A DNA stretch of 64,000 nt, taken from NCBI GenBank assembly GCA_964016885.1, contig OZ024743.1, forward strand, positions 24,304,001 to 24,368,000, in the 5' to 3' direction. Origin of the DNA: Eledone cirrhosa (lineage: Eukaryota). Of the stretch, positions 52,381 to 64,000 are shown in pieces; the stretch's first letter is position 1; the number at the start of each line of letters is the position of its first letter. Below the pieces are notes generated by a model. It ran no database searches and was not told where the DNA came from. It saw only the letters and a program-made list of their open reading frames with translations. The position numbers were made by a program, and so were the translations under genes.

Positions 52381-52594
52381 GGGCGGTGGATTGGCAGTAT
52401 AGGTAGAGGGTCGGACTCCATGCTTTGCAGCATAGAGTTACGGCCATTTATGATCAGAGTTCAAATCCTGCCGAAGTTAACTTTTCCTTTCATCCTTACG
52501 GGGTCGATAAAATAAAGTCACGCACTGGGGTCGATTTAATCGACTTTCTCCTCCCCCCAAAATTGTTGGCCTTGTGCCTATATAAGAAACCATT
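52381..52594 (+). mobile_element. SINE family 1 variant
   Basis: A/B boxes and core; (TTA)n flanks. Confidence 0.85.
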
Positions 52595-52617
52595 ATTATT
52601 ATTATTATTGGAGACTT

Positions 52618-53260
52618 GAATGTCTTTACGTGCTCACCGCCCTTAGCCAATGGGGCATTACGGTCGGTGGAAACTCCATGTTAGCGTTCTATAGAGAATT
52701 TGTGGAGGGTAGGATCGACGACGTCCTTGAGCCCATGAACAACTTCTAGAGATCACTGGCCTGACAGTGCTACCGAGGAGGTTTGCCGGTTCGATATAAA
52801 CTCTACATGCATGGCAGTGCCGTCAACCGGGCCTGTCCGAGGTGCATGCATGGCGACGAAACCATCCTGCATGTACTCATCGAGTGTCCGAGTATTGCTG
52901 ACCTGTGTGTTTATGTCACCTGCTGTCATGCTTAGGATGGATCCGACTATCAGCTGAGTCTATTGTGAAGATCACCCCGCCGTCTTCCTTTAGATAAGGA
53001 GGACAGGCAGTTATTTGCCCGGTGGCCATGGTGAAAGAGGTCGTGTTGTGAACATGTTTGAAAGGGTTGAAGACAGCCACTTTCCTGTTCACCGAAGCCC
53101 TGATTAACATTTTCAGGTTTCCAAGAGGAAAATCAGGGTGGAGTGGAAGTGCTGCCTTCCAAACTGTTTGTTGAAAGGTGGGTGAGCATAGCGAGCATGG
53201 TCTGTGTGAATGGCCCTATCTTGAGCTTATGTCTGTAGATTGGAGGAGAAGAAATAAGAG
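52618..53260 (+). mobile_element. Old, diverged Tx1-type LINE 3' fragment
   Basis: CPRCMHGDETILHVLIEC; colinear with 62771-63500. Confidence 0.7.
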
Positions 53261-53694
53261 AGAGCACTTTACACTAGCGTACAGGTTAACAGTGGCTTTT
53301 GTAGGATTTCTGCACGAGTGACCCGTGGAGTCTCCTCACATTTGAGAATTTTTTCATGATAGATTTACAATGGGAAAGAAATTGTAATGTGTTGCTTAAG
53401 GAGTCGATTAGATCTGGCACCCTGTTAGAGTACACTTCCGTCACATCAATATTATCTGTCTGTGTCAATACCCTATAAACCGAAGTTTCAACTCCGTTAG
53501 TTTTCACAAAAATAAATACGCTTTTTTTTCTTTATTTTATATATTTCTATTGATAATCGTATAGAGAATGTTTACGGTGCGGTTTTTTTTCTTTTGTTCG
53601 TGTCTATCCGACGATTAGTCATCTATTTAGACATCATAATTTAAAAAATCTATATTTTCTTTAATAAGCAGATGGATGCCAGCTAAACAAAAAT

Positions 53695-53874
53695 AATTGT
53701 TTCTACTTTTGGCACAAGGTCAGCAATTACCCAGTGCATTACTGATACTTTATTTTATCGACCACGTAAGGATGAAAGGCAAAGTTAACCTCGGCGGGAT
53801 TTGAAATCAGAATGACAAGGGCCGTAACTCTATGCGTCAAAGCATGGCATCCGACCCTCTACCAATACTGCCAA
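53695..53874 (-). mobile_element. SINE family 1
   Basis: Motifs; short TSD aaaaataat. Confidence 0.85.
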
Positions 53875-54130
53875 AAAAATAATGTTCGGGGGTCAGGGAT
53901 GTGAATGAACGAGAGGAAACAAAGTGCTTTTGAGTTGAAGAGAGTGAATGTCCTCGTTCGGAATATCGCTAGCGTCTCTCCCAGAAATAACAAAGCTAAG
54001 GCTACTATAGCAACAGCTGAAGCTGTTGCAAAGACTACAACGACATTGTCACGTACAATTCAGTAGGTGAATACAGCCATTTTCTGCTGCTGCTGTTCTG
54101 CTGCTGTTGCTTCTGCTGCTGCTGTTCTGC

Positions 54131-54131
54131 G

Positions 54132-54162
<31 letters not shown>

Positions 54163-54225
54163 ATATCAAAACTACCACCGCCACCGCCACCGCCGCCACT
54201 GCCGCCGCCACCCCACTGCTGCTGC

Positions 54226-54267
<42 letters not shown>

Positions 54268-54268
54268 C

Positions 54269-54305
<37 letters not shown>

Positions 54306-54329
54306 TTACTACTACTACTACTACTACCT

Positions 54330-54411
<82 letters not shown>

Positions 54412-54445
54412 CACTGCCACCACCGCCGCTGCCACCGCCAACCGG

Positions 54446-54532
<87 letters not shown>

Positions 54533-54600
54533 TTACTACTACTACTACTACTACTAACACCACCGCAACTGCCGCCACCGCCGCTGCCGCCGCCAACCGG

Positions 54601-54646
<46 letters not shown>

Positions 54647-54680
54647 AACTGCCGCCACCGCCGCTGCCGCCGCCACCTCG

Positions 54681-54732
<52 letters not shown>

Positions 54733-54778
54733 CACCACCACCACCACTGCCGCCACCGCCGCTGCCACCGCCAACCGG

Positions 54779-54854
<76 letters not shown>

Positions 54855-54919
54855 CACCACCACTGCCGCCACCGCCGCTGCCACCGCCAACCGGCTACTA
54901 CTACTACTACTACTACTAT

Positions 54920-54997
<78 letters not shown>

Positions 54998-54998
54998 A
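54131..54998. repeat. (CTA)n/(CCG,CCA) higher-order compound repeat
   Basis: Recurring gccgctgcc.ccgccaaccggcta blocks between CTA runs. Confidence 0.9.
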
Positions 54999-55839
54999 AT
55001 AACATTAGCAGAGACGAGACCAACAACAAAATACACCGAAATCAACAAGGAACAATGAGAAAACAATGTAGAAGATATATTGTCCTCAAGCCTGCGAAGA
55101 ACACGCATGCTCGTCGGAAAGTCAGAAGCGATTAAGAATTTCAATATGATATTCTATACTCTGAGGATGGGGTAGCTGTTTCCTGAGTACATAGACATCA
55201 TTTAGAAAGGCTCTAAACTCTGAAAGTATATAAACCGCAGAGACAGAAAATGACTGTACCCATTTCCAGCTAGAATTGAAAAATACCTGTGGAGCACTGT
55301 AGTCTACAAACCCAGTAAGCTGTAACAATAGCAGCACCATCATGCAAGTATCAGAATAATGTATTGACCCCACTACAGTGATGGCAATATTTAAGAGCAC
55401 AGTGAGACAATACAACACAACACACTGCTCCCTACAGTTTTGTGTATTAAAGTGTCTTGCTCAAGGACGCACGCAATGCACCACCCGGTCCGAGAATCGA
55501 CGTCGAGATCTTACATGAGCGGGTTGAGGGTTATCCAGTCTGAGCTCTTGCCATCGCCACAACAGGGAACCGCAGGCTGCAGTTGTGATGAGAAACCAGC
55601 CGCGTCATCAGGCTACCCAGAATTTTTATTTATTAATGATACTATTTGATATAGATTCACGATGATTAGATCTGCCCATATACAGACCGTTGGTTAAATA
55701 ATGTATAGATATATTCTACAGTACAGCAGTGCACTAACACGGTAATATATATATATATAACACGCCCCCACTCTCAAGAGCGTGAGACTAATAAACCTTT
55801 GTTTGTACTGCCTCTCTGGTTTTGTTCCCATTCCAGTTT

Positions 55840-55919
<80 letters not shown>

Positions 55920-56029
55920 ATAAAAATACTTGAGTGTATTAGAGTCAAACACACTCGTCGTATTAGAGAAATGACAGTATAGGAGATAGCTCAATGTTAT
56001 CAAACAGAGCCGAAAAATTATATAAATTA

Positions 56030-56107
56030 ACATTAAAAATCTTCATTTGCTGACAATGTTTCGTCCCATGGGACGAAACATTGTCAGCAAATAAAGATTT
56101 TTAATGT
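56030..56107. repeat. Palindrome centred on gtcccatgggac, each arm carrying an HHR-like 3' half (GAAAC att GTC agca)
   Basis: Direct reading. Confidence 0.85.
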
Positions 56108-56129
56108 ATTAAAGGCTTCTTTGTTAATT

Positions 56130-56179
<50 letters not shown>

Positions 56180-56309
56180 GGAAAGTTATATTTAAATTGT
56201 TGGGTTAACAACGAGTAAATATTTATAACTGATATAAAAGCACTCAACAAGTATTTGGAGTATATTTATGATATTAAATAAATGGAAACTATATTTATAA
56301 AACCATATT

Positions 56310-56375
56310 TATTTCGTTATATATATTTCAGGGATATCATATTAACAATATGTTATGCCTTCTTCAGACAAAATA
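56310..56375 (-). ncRNA. Type I hammerhead ribozyme
   Basis: tattttgt CTGAAGA agg-c-ataacatatt-gtt-aatatgatat-c-cct GAAA tatata TA acgaaata. Confidence 0.85.
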
Positions 56376-57083
56376 CAATATAAACAGTCTTATAAATAAA
56401 TAGATACGACATACCTTTCAATCACCTTGCATTTGGGAGGTTGATTTGGCAGTAAAAAATATTGTGGACAGTTGTAAAAAGAAAGAGAGAAAGAAAGAAA
56501 GAAAGAGAAACGAAGAAAATGAAAAAGAAGAAATGCATGTGACTAAATAGAGAGATATAGAAAGATAGATAAAGAGAAGAACTTCATGTAAAGAAACAGA
56601 GAGAAATATATATAGAGAGAGGAAAAAAGAAAGAGATAGATAGAGATAGATAGAGAAACTAGGAAGTTGAGTATCGGTTGATACATTTATTTATTTATTT
56701 ATTTATTTATTTAGCTCTAGTATTAATGTAAAGAGAGATGTATGTAGTTAAGAGAGAAAATAGCCGTTATATAGAGAGAAAAAAGAGAAAATGAAAAAGA
56801 GAAAATGAAAAATAACCAGACATAAACGAGGCAGAATTTAAAAACGCTATGTTTCATCCTGTAGAAAATATTAGTTCGTATAAAACAGGCATTATAATGT
56901 AAATATCAGTATTCATTTAGTCACATGCATTTCTTCTTTTTCATTTTCTTCGTTTCTCTTTCTTTCTTTCTCTCTTTCTTTTTACAACTGTCCACAATAT
57001 TTTTTACTGCCAAATCAACCTCCCAAATGCAAGGTGATTGAAAGGTATGTCGTATCTATTTATTTATAAGACTGTTTATATTG

Positions 57084-57149
57084 TATTTTGTCTGAAGAAG
57101 GCATAACATATTGTTAATATGATATCCTTGAAATATATATAACGAAATA
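57084..57149 (+). ncRNA. Type I hammerhead ribozyme (inverted copy of 56310-56375)
   Basis: Same fold as 56310-56375. Confidence 0.85.
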
Positions 57150-57186
57150 AATATGGTTTTATAAATATAGTTTCCATTTATTTAAT

Positions 57187-57247
<61 letters not shown>

Positions 57248-58109
57248 GAAAAATGGCGTGCTGGGTTGTTGCGAATGTGATATATGTGAAGTAAAAAATA
57301 GAGCAAGAAACCAGGACTATCCGTCATCAGTGATCTTCTGGCTATCATCGGTATTTCTTCGCAACGAAGGAAGTGTGGACCATAACGCACCAGAGTACTC
57401 GATACTTTGGGTAGGAGTGTGGGTAATAGGAAAAGAGTCAGGACCCCGACGGCTGAGCTCCAGCCGTTTCGACAGCTAGTTTAGAACTAGCTGTCGAAAC
57501 GGTCGGAGCTCAGTCGTCGGAGTCCTGACTCTTTTCATATATATATATATAAATGAAAGGTATAGAAAACATTGTAGCAAAAAGCCAACAGTATTCCATA
57601 ATATATAAGTGACTATAGCGTCAAAATGGTAAAAATGGTTAACGTAAGATGTGGGAAAAATAATTCAAACTCATCTCAAAGAGAATCAGGATATAGATTC
57701 ATCCACAGAATTTAGTGAAATCCAGGGAAAAATCAATAGAGCCTTAACTCATGATAAAATAAAGTTTAAAATACTCATCCTTCAATTTGGAAAAACTTCA
57801 AATGCTCTGTATAGTCTTAAAGACTATTTCACGAAAACTTTCAGTGGAGATGGTCACGGTTATAATCCGATCCTCAGCAGAGCTCAACTCGATAACCAAA
57901 ATTCTCACAGATTAATATGCCAAAAAGGGAATTTAAAACAGGCTAGTTCACCATCATGCGTGATTATGAAAAATAAAACGCTCATGAGGAAAGACAGGGC
58001 TGGTGACGTCAGAATGAGACGAATGTTTGTTTACAAGAAAAAACAGTAAAAAAACATTCCGAAAAAAACTCTACAATAAGAAGTTCAGCAAAAAGACATA
58101 TATTTATCT

Positions 58110-58168
<59 letters not shown>

Positions 58169-58195
58169 CACACACACATACATATATATTTATCT

Positions 58196-58227
<32 letters not shown>

Positions 58228-58233
<6 letters not shown>

Positions 58234-58500
58234 ATACTTTGGGAGGGTCATGTTGCCAATAAGAAACACACGCACCAGTTGCTTTCACTTCAATTTATTA
58301 TAATAAATTTATAAATTTAGGAATTTATAAATTTTTGGTTGGTTGGTTGGTTCCACAACCAGATGGTTGTTTATATATTGAAGTGAAAGCAACTGGTGCG
58401 TGTGTTTCTTATTGGCAACATGACCCTCCCAAAGTATAACAATATCGGTTTCAACACACGTTTTCAGATAAAGAATCTTGCTAAACAAATTCAGAAAGGA
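58228..58500. mobile_element. Family C fragment with ~65-bp inverted arms
   Basis: ttgttatactttgggaggg...cttcaat / attgaag...ccctcccaaagtataacaa. Confidence 0.75.
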
Positions 58501-58549
58501 TATATATATATAGTTATAGATATACACACATATACATATATATTTATCT

Positions 58550-58620
<71 letters not shown>

Positions 58621-58687
58621 CGGTTGGGTGCGGATGCATTCATGTATATGTGTGTGTCCGCATGTATCTGTGTGTTTCTAAATATAT

Positions 58688-58826
<139 letters not shown>

Positions 58827-59184
58827 TGTGCGTGTGTGTGTGTGTGTGTGTGTACTGCGGACTCCTGTACTACTTCTATCTTTAAAAAATTCTCACAAAA
58901 CCGATAGATAGATAATGTGGATAACTGAATAAGTAGGTAAGAAAATAAATATTTCGAAGACTATAAATCACATCACAGAGCCAGTTGTATCGGAATGGAC
59001 GGTTTGTTTACAGAAGGTAGTCAAAAGGAAAACAAAATGACCCTTGAGAATTCGGTTGTCTTCTTGTTTGTGTTTGATGATTTCAATTTGGTTAGAAGAC
59101 CTTTCTAGGGACTTAAAAACACCTTTGAATCTGTTTGGTATACATTCGATATAAAATTGAACTACACTTTAATGTGCCTGCGTG

Positions 59185-59273
<89 letters not shown>

Positions 59274-59274
59274 G

Positions 59275-59400
<126 letters not shown>

Positions 59401-60172
59401 TACATATAAACATATATATATATATTTATATATATATACATATATGTATATACATATATATATGTATATATATATATATACATATATATATATAGTAACA
59501 ATAATCTGTTATTTTAATAAATATATATATTATATATATATATATATGTATGTATTTATACTTATGTATAATTATATATACGTACATACGTATGTGTGTG
59601 TGTGTGTGTATTCAGTAAAACAAAATTATGACTTCACGTCTCCTTGGGATTAAGCCATACAAGACAACAATCAAATGACTAGCTTTCAACTTGGGACGAA
59701 ACGTTGTGAATGAATTCATACGACTTTGAAAAATGTTTACGTCTAGTTTTGATTTTAATTAATACATATGTACAACACGTTTGCTCCCTTGTCTTGTTTT
59801 GTTTATTTCTTTATCTGTTTTCCTTTTATTCTATTTGAGGTCACGATTTCAAAAGTCCCCTGATATAGCAGTTCATGTTTTGTTAACATCTTTGTATCAT
59901 ATATATGTTCAGGCTTTTCTTTTTTATAGAAATATCTCACCTATGCTTAGTGGTTATTTCTTAGTTAATAAGCAAATAAATATACCGAATATTATGCTGA
60001 CTGTTGTACAGTGTCTGTGTGTATTTTACACCAATGAGTTTTCATTTAATTTCTTAGTTGTTCCTTTGCTGGTTTTGATGTAATACAGAATACAGATAAA
60101 GAATTTATTTATTTTGCACAATATATATGTTAAATTGGTTGAGATAAGCAAAACAAATCACAGCAGTTACCT

Positions 60173-60288
<116 letters not shown>

Positions 60289-61738
60289 TTCGTTGTAAGA
60301 TACCTTTGAGATTTGTAGATTGTCAGCAACATACCACAACTGGAAGTAATTCTTAACCCTGAAACGAGAGACAGACTGTTATATATTTGAGGTCATAGAT
60401 CATGAAAAGGTGTGAAACCTAACATTTATACCGTACTTGAATGGTTTTATTAGTGGATGAAGATGTGTATTACAAGGCTATTTTCTTGACAAATAAGATA
60501 ATTCTGCAATTTGTTCCAGAAACATGAATGAGAATCGTATGGAATTGAGTAGTCAACTGTCTCAACAGAAAAAAAAACAACTAAAAAAATAATGTTTAAA
60601 TAGAAAGATATTATAGAAAATTGAAATAAGTGCATTATACATAGAATCGGAAACAAGGTTTCTATTCGATCTGCAACTATCCGTGGAGAACGGTATAAAC
60701 ACCACAATATCTTAATACAGTGGAAGGTCTGTATGGCTCAATAAGAAATCAATGTACCTAAGAAGAATAACTTCAGGGTTGAGATAAAGATAAACGAAAA
60801 ACATGGGCTGGGGATTGAACATTTGAAAGAGAAATATAAATCTATAGAATATGAAAAGAATGAAAGAAAACACAAGCTGATATTTTCATATTAAATCATA
60901 TTAAACGAAACAAAACGAAAATAAATTTATTAAAGATGAGAAAAAACATGATTAACTATAAAGGAACACAAGGAACTGCCGTAAATGAATGAAGAAGAAT
61001 AAGTAATTAATAAAATACAAGGGACAAAAACTGTTAATAATATGTTGACAAAATGGCTGCTGTTACTTTGCAAGAAAAATGTAACTATGAAACGTATACA
61101 TATAAACAACAAAAGCATTATAATAACAATAGCAAGTGCAACATAAACAGAAATTATAAGAATATATGAGGAAGAATTAAGATGGAAAAAACATTTCAAG
61201 ACGAAACCGTGAGACAAAAATATGGCGGTACTGTTGAAAATATAATAAAATAGCTAGCAGTATTTCAATAGACGATGACAAACGGATGTTGAAGTTCGTG
61301 TACGCTTCGTTGGCATAGAGGTACGGAAGAGCTAAAAATTACACAAACTGTGACAACAGAATGAAAAAATATATATAGCAATAATAGTAATAAAAATAAT
61401 AAATATAAACAAAAATAAGACAATAATTAGTAATAATATAAAATAATGAATACTTTTATTGGCCACGGGGGCCTGAAACGGTGGGGATAGTAACAAACGC
61501 CTGAAACAGTTTGGCCTAAATGCAGTTTAATGGCCGACGCGCATCAATAAAAGAGAAACATAGAAACACGGAATAGGTTTCAGAGAGAGAGGGGGGTAGA
61601 GAGAGAGGTGGTGGGGGAGAGAGGGGGAGAGGAGAGAGAGGGGAGATGGGGGAGAGGAGAGAGAGGGGCAGAGAAAGAGAGGCAGAGAGGGCAGAGAGAG
61701 AGAGGGAGAGGGGGGAGAAAGAGGGAGAGAGAAAGAGG

Positions 61739-61807
<69 letters not shown>

Positions 61808-61898
61808 GTTTGTTAATTTTTATTATGTTGTAAAAGGTTATATTTGATGTTTTCATTTCATTGCTGTCGCATGTATTGTTGTTGTTGATGTATCAGAA

Positions 61899-61966
<68 letters not shown>

Positions 61967-62368
61967 TGATAATAATGATAATGATAATAATGGTTTCATT
62001 TATTGGCCACAAGGGCCGACATGTGGGGTACAATACATAATGATAATAATGATAATACGATTTTAATTAATAATTCTTTGTTTTTACACATCAAAATATT
62101 TACACACTTTCATTATTTCGATTTACTAGTATTTTCTTCTTCTTCTTCTTCTTCTTCTTCTTCTTCTTCTTCTTCTTCTTCTTCTTCTTCTTCTTCTTCT
62201 TCTTCTTCTTCTTCAGCTGCTGCTGTTGCTGATAATGATGATAATAAATACTTTGCAACAATATGTAACGATGATGATCAAGTAATATTATTATTATTAT
62301 TGTAACCATCATCATCATTGCTATCACCATTAATGCCATCGTCACCATATTCCTTATACACTGTCACC

Positions 62369-62403
<35 letters not shown>

Positions 62404-62733
62404 TAGCTTTAAGTGTCACCATTATTGAAGGTAATCATGTAATACGTTGAGAAAACCGGAAACGGAAATTGTGAGCCCAGTAACAGTTCCATGTCATTGG
62501 TCAGCTGAAGTGCATCTTTGGATTATTTTAAGAAGTTAAGTTTTGTCTTTTTAAACTCCATATTAATGGAGGCAATGCGCGGCTGTTTCCTGTCTTTTCA
62601 TCCTGCTGCCAGAAGCTAGGAGTCTTCTAAGACGCCTGACCACAATGCACCGTGACTCACATCTTTCATAAGCTCATCTTCTCGCCAGACTTATCACAAT
62701 TTCATACTGCTGCTTCCACTCCATACTTTTCAT

Positions 62734-62770
<37 letters not shown>

Positions 62771-62771
<1 letters not shown>

Positions 62772-63759
62772 GGGCGCCTGGCACACTGAGTGTGCCCAGG
62801 CGCTCACCGCCCTCTGGCAGGCGGATCCGGTTATCAGTGGAGACTCCACCGCAACATTCTATAGAGGGCTAGTACGCAGCAGGTGCGACGACGCCCTCGG
62901 AGAAGCCCTAGACATGGAGGAGGACGAACTGGCCAGCCTGTTCGGTAGGACATTCAGCCCGGGACCTATGGACAACTTCCAGAAGTCCCTGGCCTGGCAG
63001 TGCTACCGAGGGGCTTTACCCGTTCGAGAAAGGCTCTACAGACACGGGCGCCCGGGTAGGGACCCCGCCAAAAAGATCTGTCCCAGATGCGTGTGCGACG
63101 AGGAAACCGTTGCACACGCATTAGTACACTGCTCGGGCGTAGCCGATCTGTGGGGCTATGTCGAACAACTGCTGTCAAGGGTGGGACCGATCCGGTTGAC
63201 CACCGAGTCTATTGTAATGATCAAGCCGCCTCCCCCCTTCAAAGATGAAGCAGAGGCGGTGTTTCTGTGCGTAATAGCCATGGCGAAAGAGGTTGTATGG
63301 TGGACGCGTCTGAAAGGACTGAGGTCGGGCACCTTTCTCTCTGGCCAACAACTGGTCCGTTTCTTCCGATATCATTTCGGAAGAAGGATCAGGATGGAGA
63401 GAGAGGTGCTGCACCCCAGCCGTTTCTATGAAAGATGGGTGAAAGTGGCGAGAATGGCCCGTGTGAATGGGCCTTCACTCTACATCAGACTATAGGTGAG
63501 GAAGATGAAAGACCAAGGGAGCACCCCTTCTCTGTGCTCCTGAGGAGAAGGGTTGCACACTTTTTTCGGGGGTGTGTGCGACCCCCCAAGGCGCCTCCTC
63601 TCTATTGAGGATTTTGTTAAAAATTTTATTTTTTGTTATATCTTATTTTATTTTTATATTTTGTTATTGCCTCCTCCTTATTGAGGACGCCTTTTTGTGT
63701 AAACTCCCCCCTTTGTACTTGTCCCACTTTTGATGCCCTAGTGGCAAATAAAAGAAATA
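62771..63759 (+). mobile_element. 5'-truncated Tx1-type LINE inserted in (TATC)n, same family as 29488-31302
   Basis: ORF 62914-63495 with CPRCVCDEETVAHALVHC; (TATC)n on both sides. Confidence 0.9.
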
Positions 63760-63798
<39 letters not shown>

Positions 63799-63817
63799 AC
63801 ATCAATTCATGTATGTC

Positions 63818-63861
<44 letters not shown>

Positions 63862-63955
63862 TTATATATATATAATATATATATAATATATATATATATA
63901 TTATATATAATATATATATATATAATATAATATATATATAATATATAATATATAA

Positions 63956-64000
63956 TTATTTTTACTTTTGGCACAAGGCCAGCAATTATCCCAGTGCATT
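63956..64000 (-). mobile_element. SINE family 1 3' end, cut by the window edge
   Basis: ttttggcacaaggccagcaatt. Confidence 0.7.

Larger units (their letters stand above)
56267..57192. mobile_element. Inverted ~280-bp pLTR-like repeats (56267-56548 and 56915-57192), family E
   Basis: Near-identical inverted arms, each containing an HHR. Confidence 0.85.

Noticed and set aside
57651-58049. 132-aa non-repetitive ORF
   Set aside because: No recognisable domain; lies between TA tracts among TE fragments
60400-61250. A-rich stretch resembling a decayed LINE coding region (RWKKHF-like)
   Set aside because: Too degenerate for a family call

Overview
Eukaryotic, AT-rich DNA saturated with microsatellites and retroelements. 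The (TA)n/(CA)n/(TATG)n density and the tRNA-derived SINEs resemble an octopod cephalopod genome, but this is an inference. I found no host protein-coding gene, and nearly all ORF-track entries are translated microsatellites. Recognisable content: a decayed Penelope-like element (PLE; RT + GIY-YIG); L1/Tx1-type, RTE, RTE/RTE-X, CRE-like and R4-like LINE fragments; a ~610-bp non-autonomous RTE derivative (7 copies); two SINE families; a 30-bp minisatellite. The main hidden signal is a dense set of short, non-coding, (TA)n-associated elements carrying type I hammerhead ribozymes (HHRs). At least 9 motifs have intact cores and come from several sequence-distinct families. They include a retrozyme-like ~540-bp repeat with two HHRs, an HHR group sharing a C-C mismatch in stem II, a U3-A8 core variant, and palindromes that appear to fold back at HHR stem II. 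All RNA structures were folded by eye, and family names come from motif recognition, not database searches.
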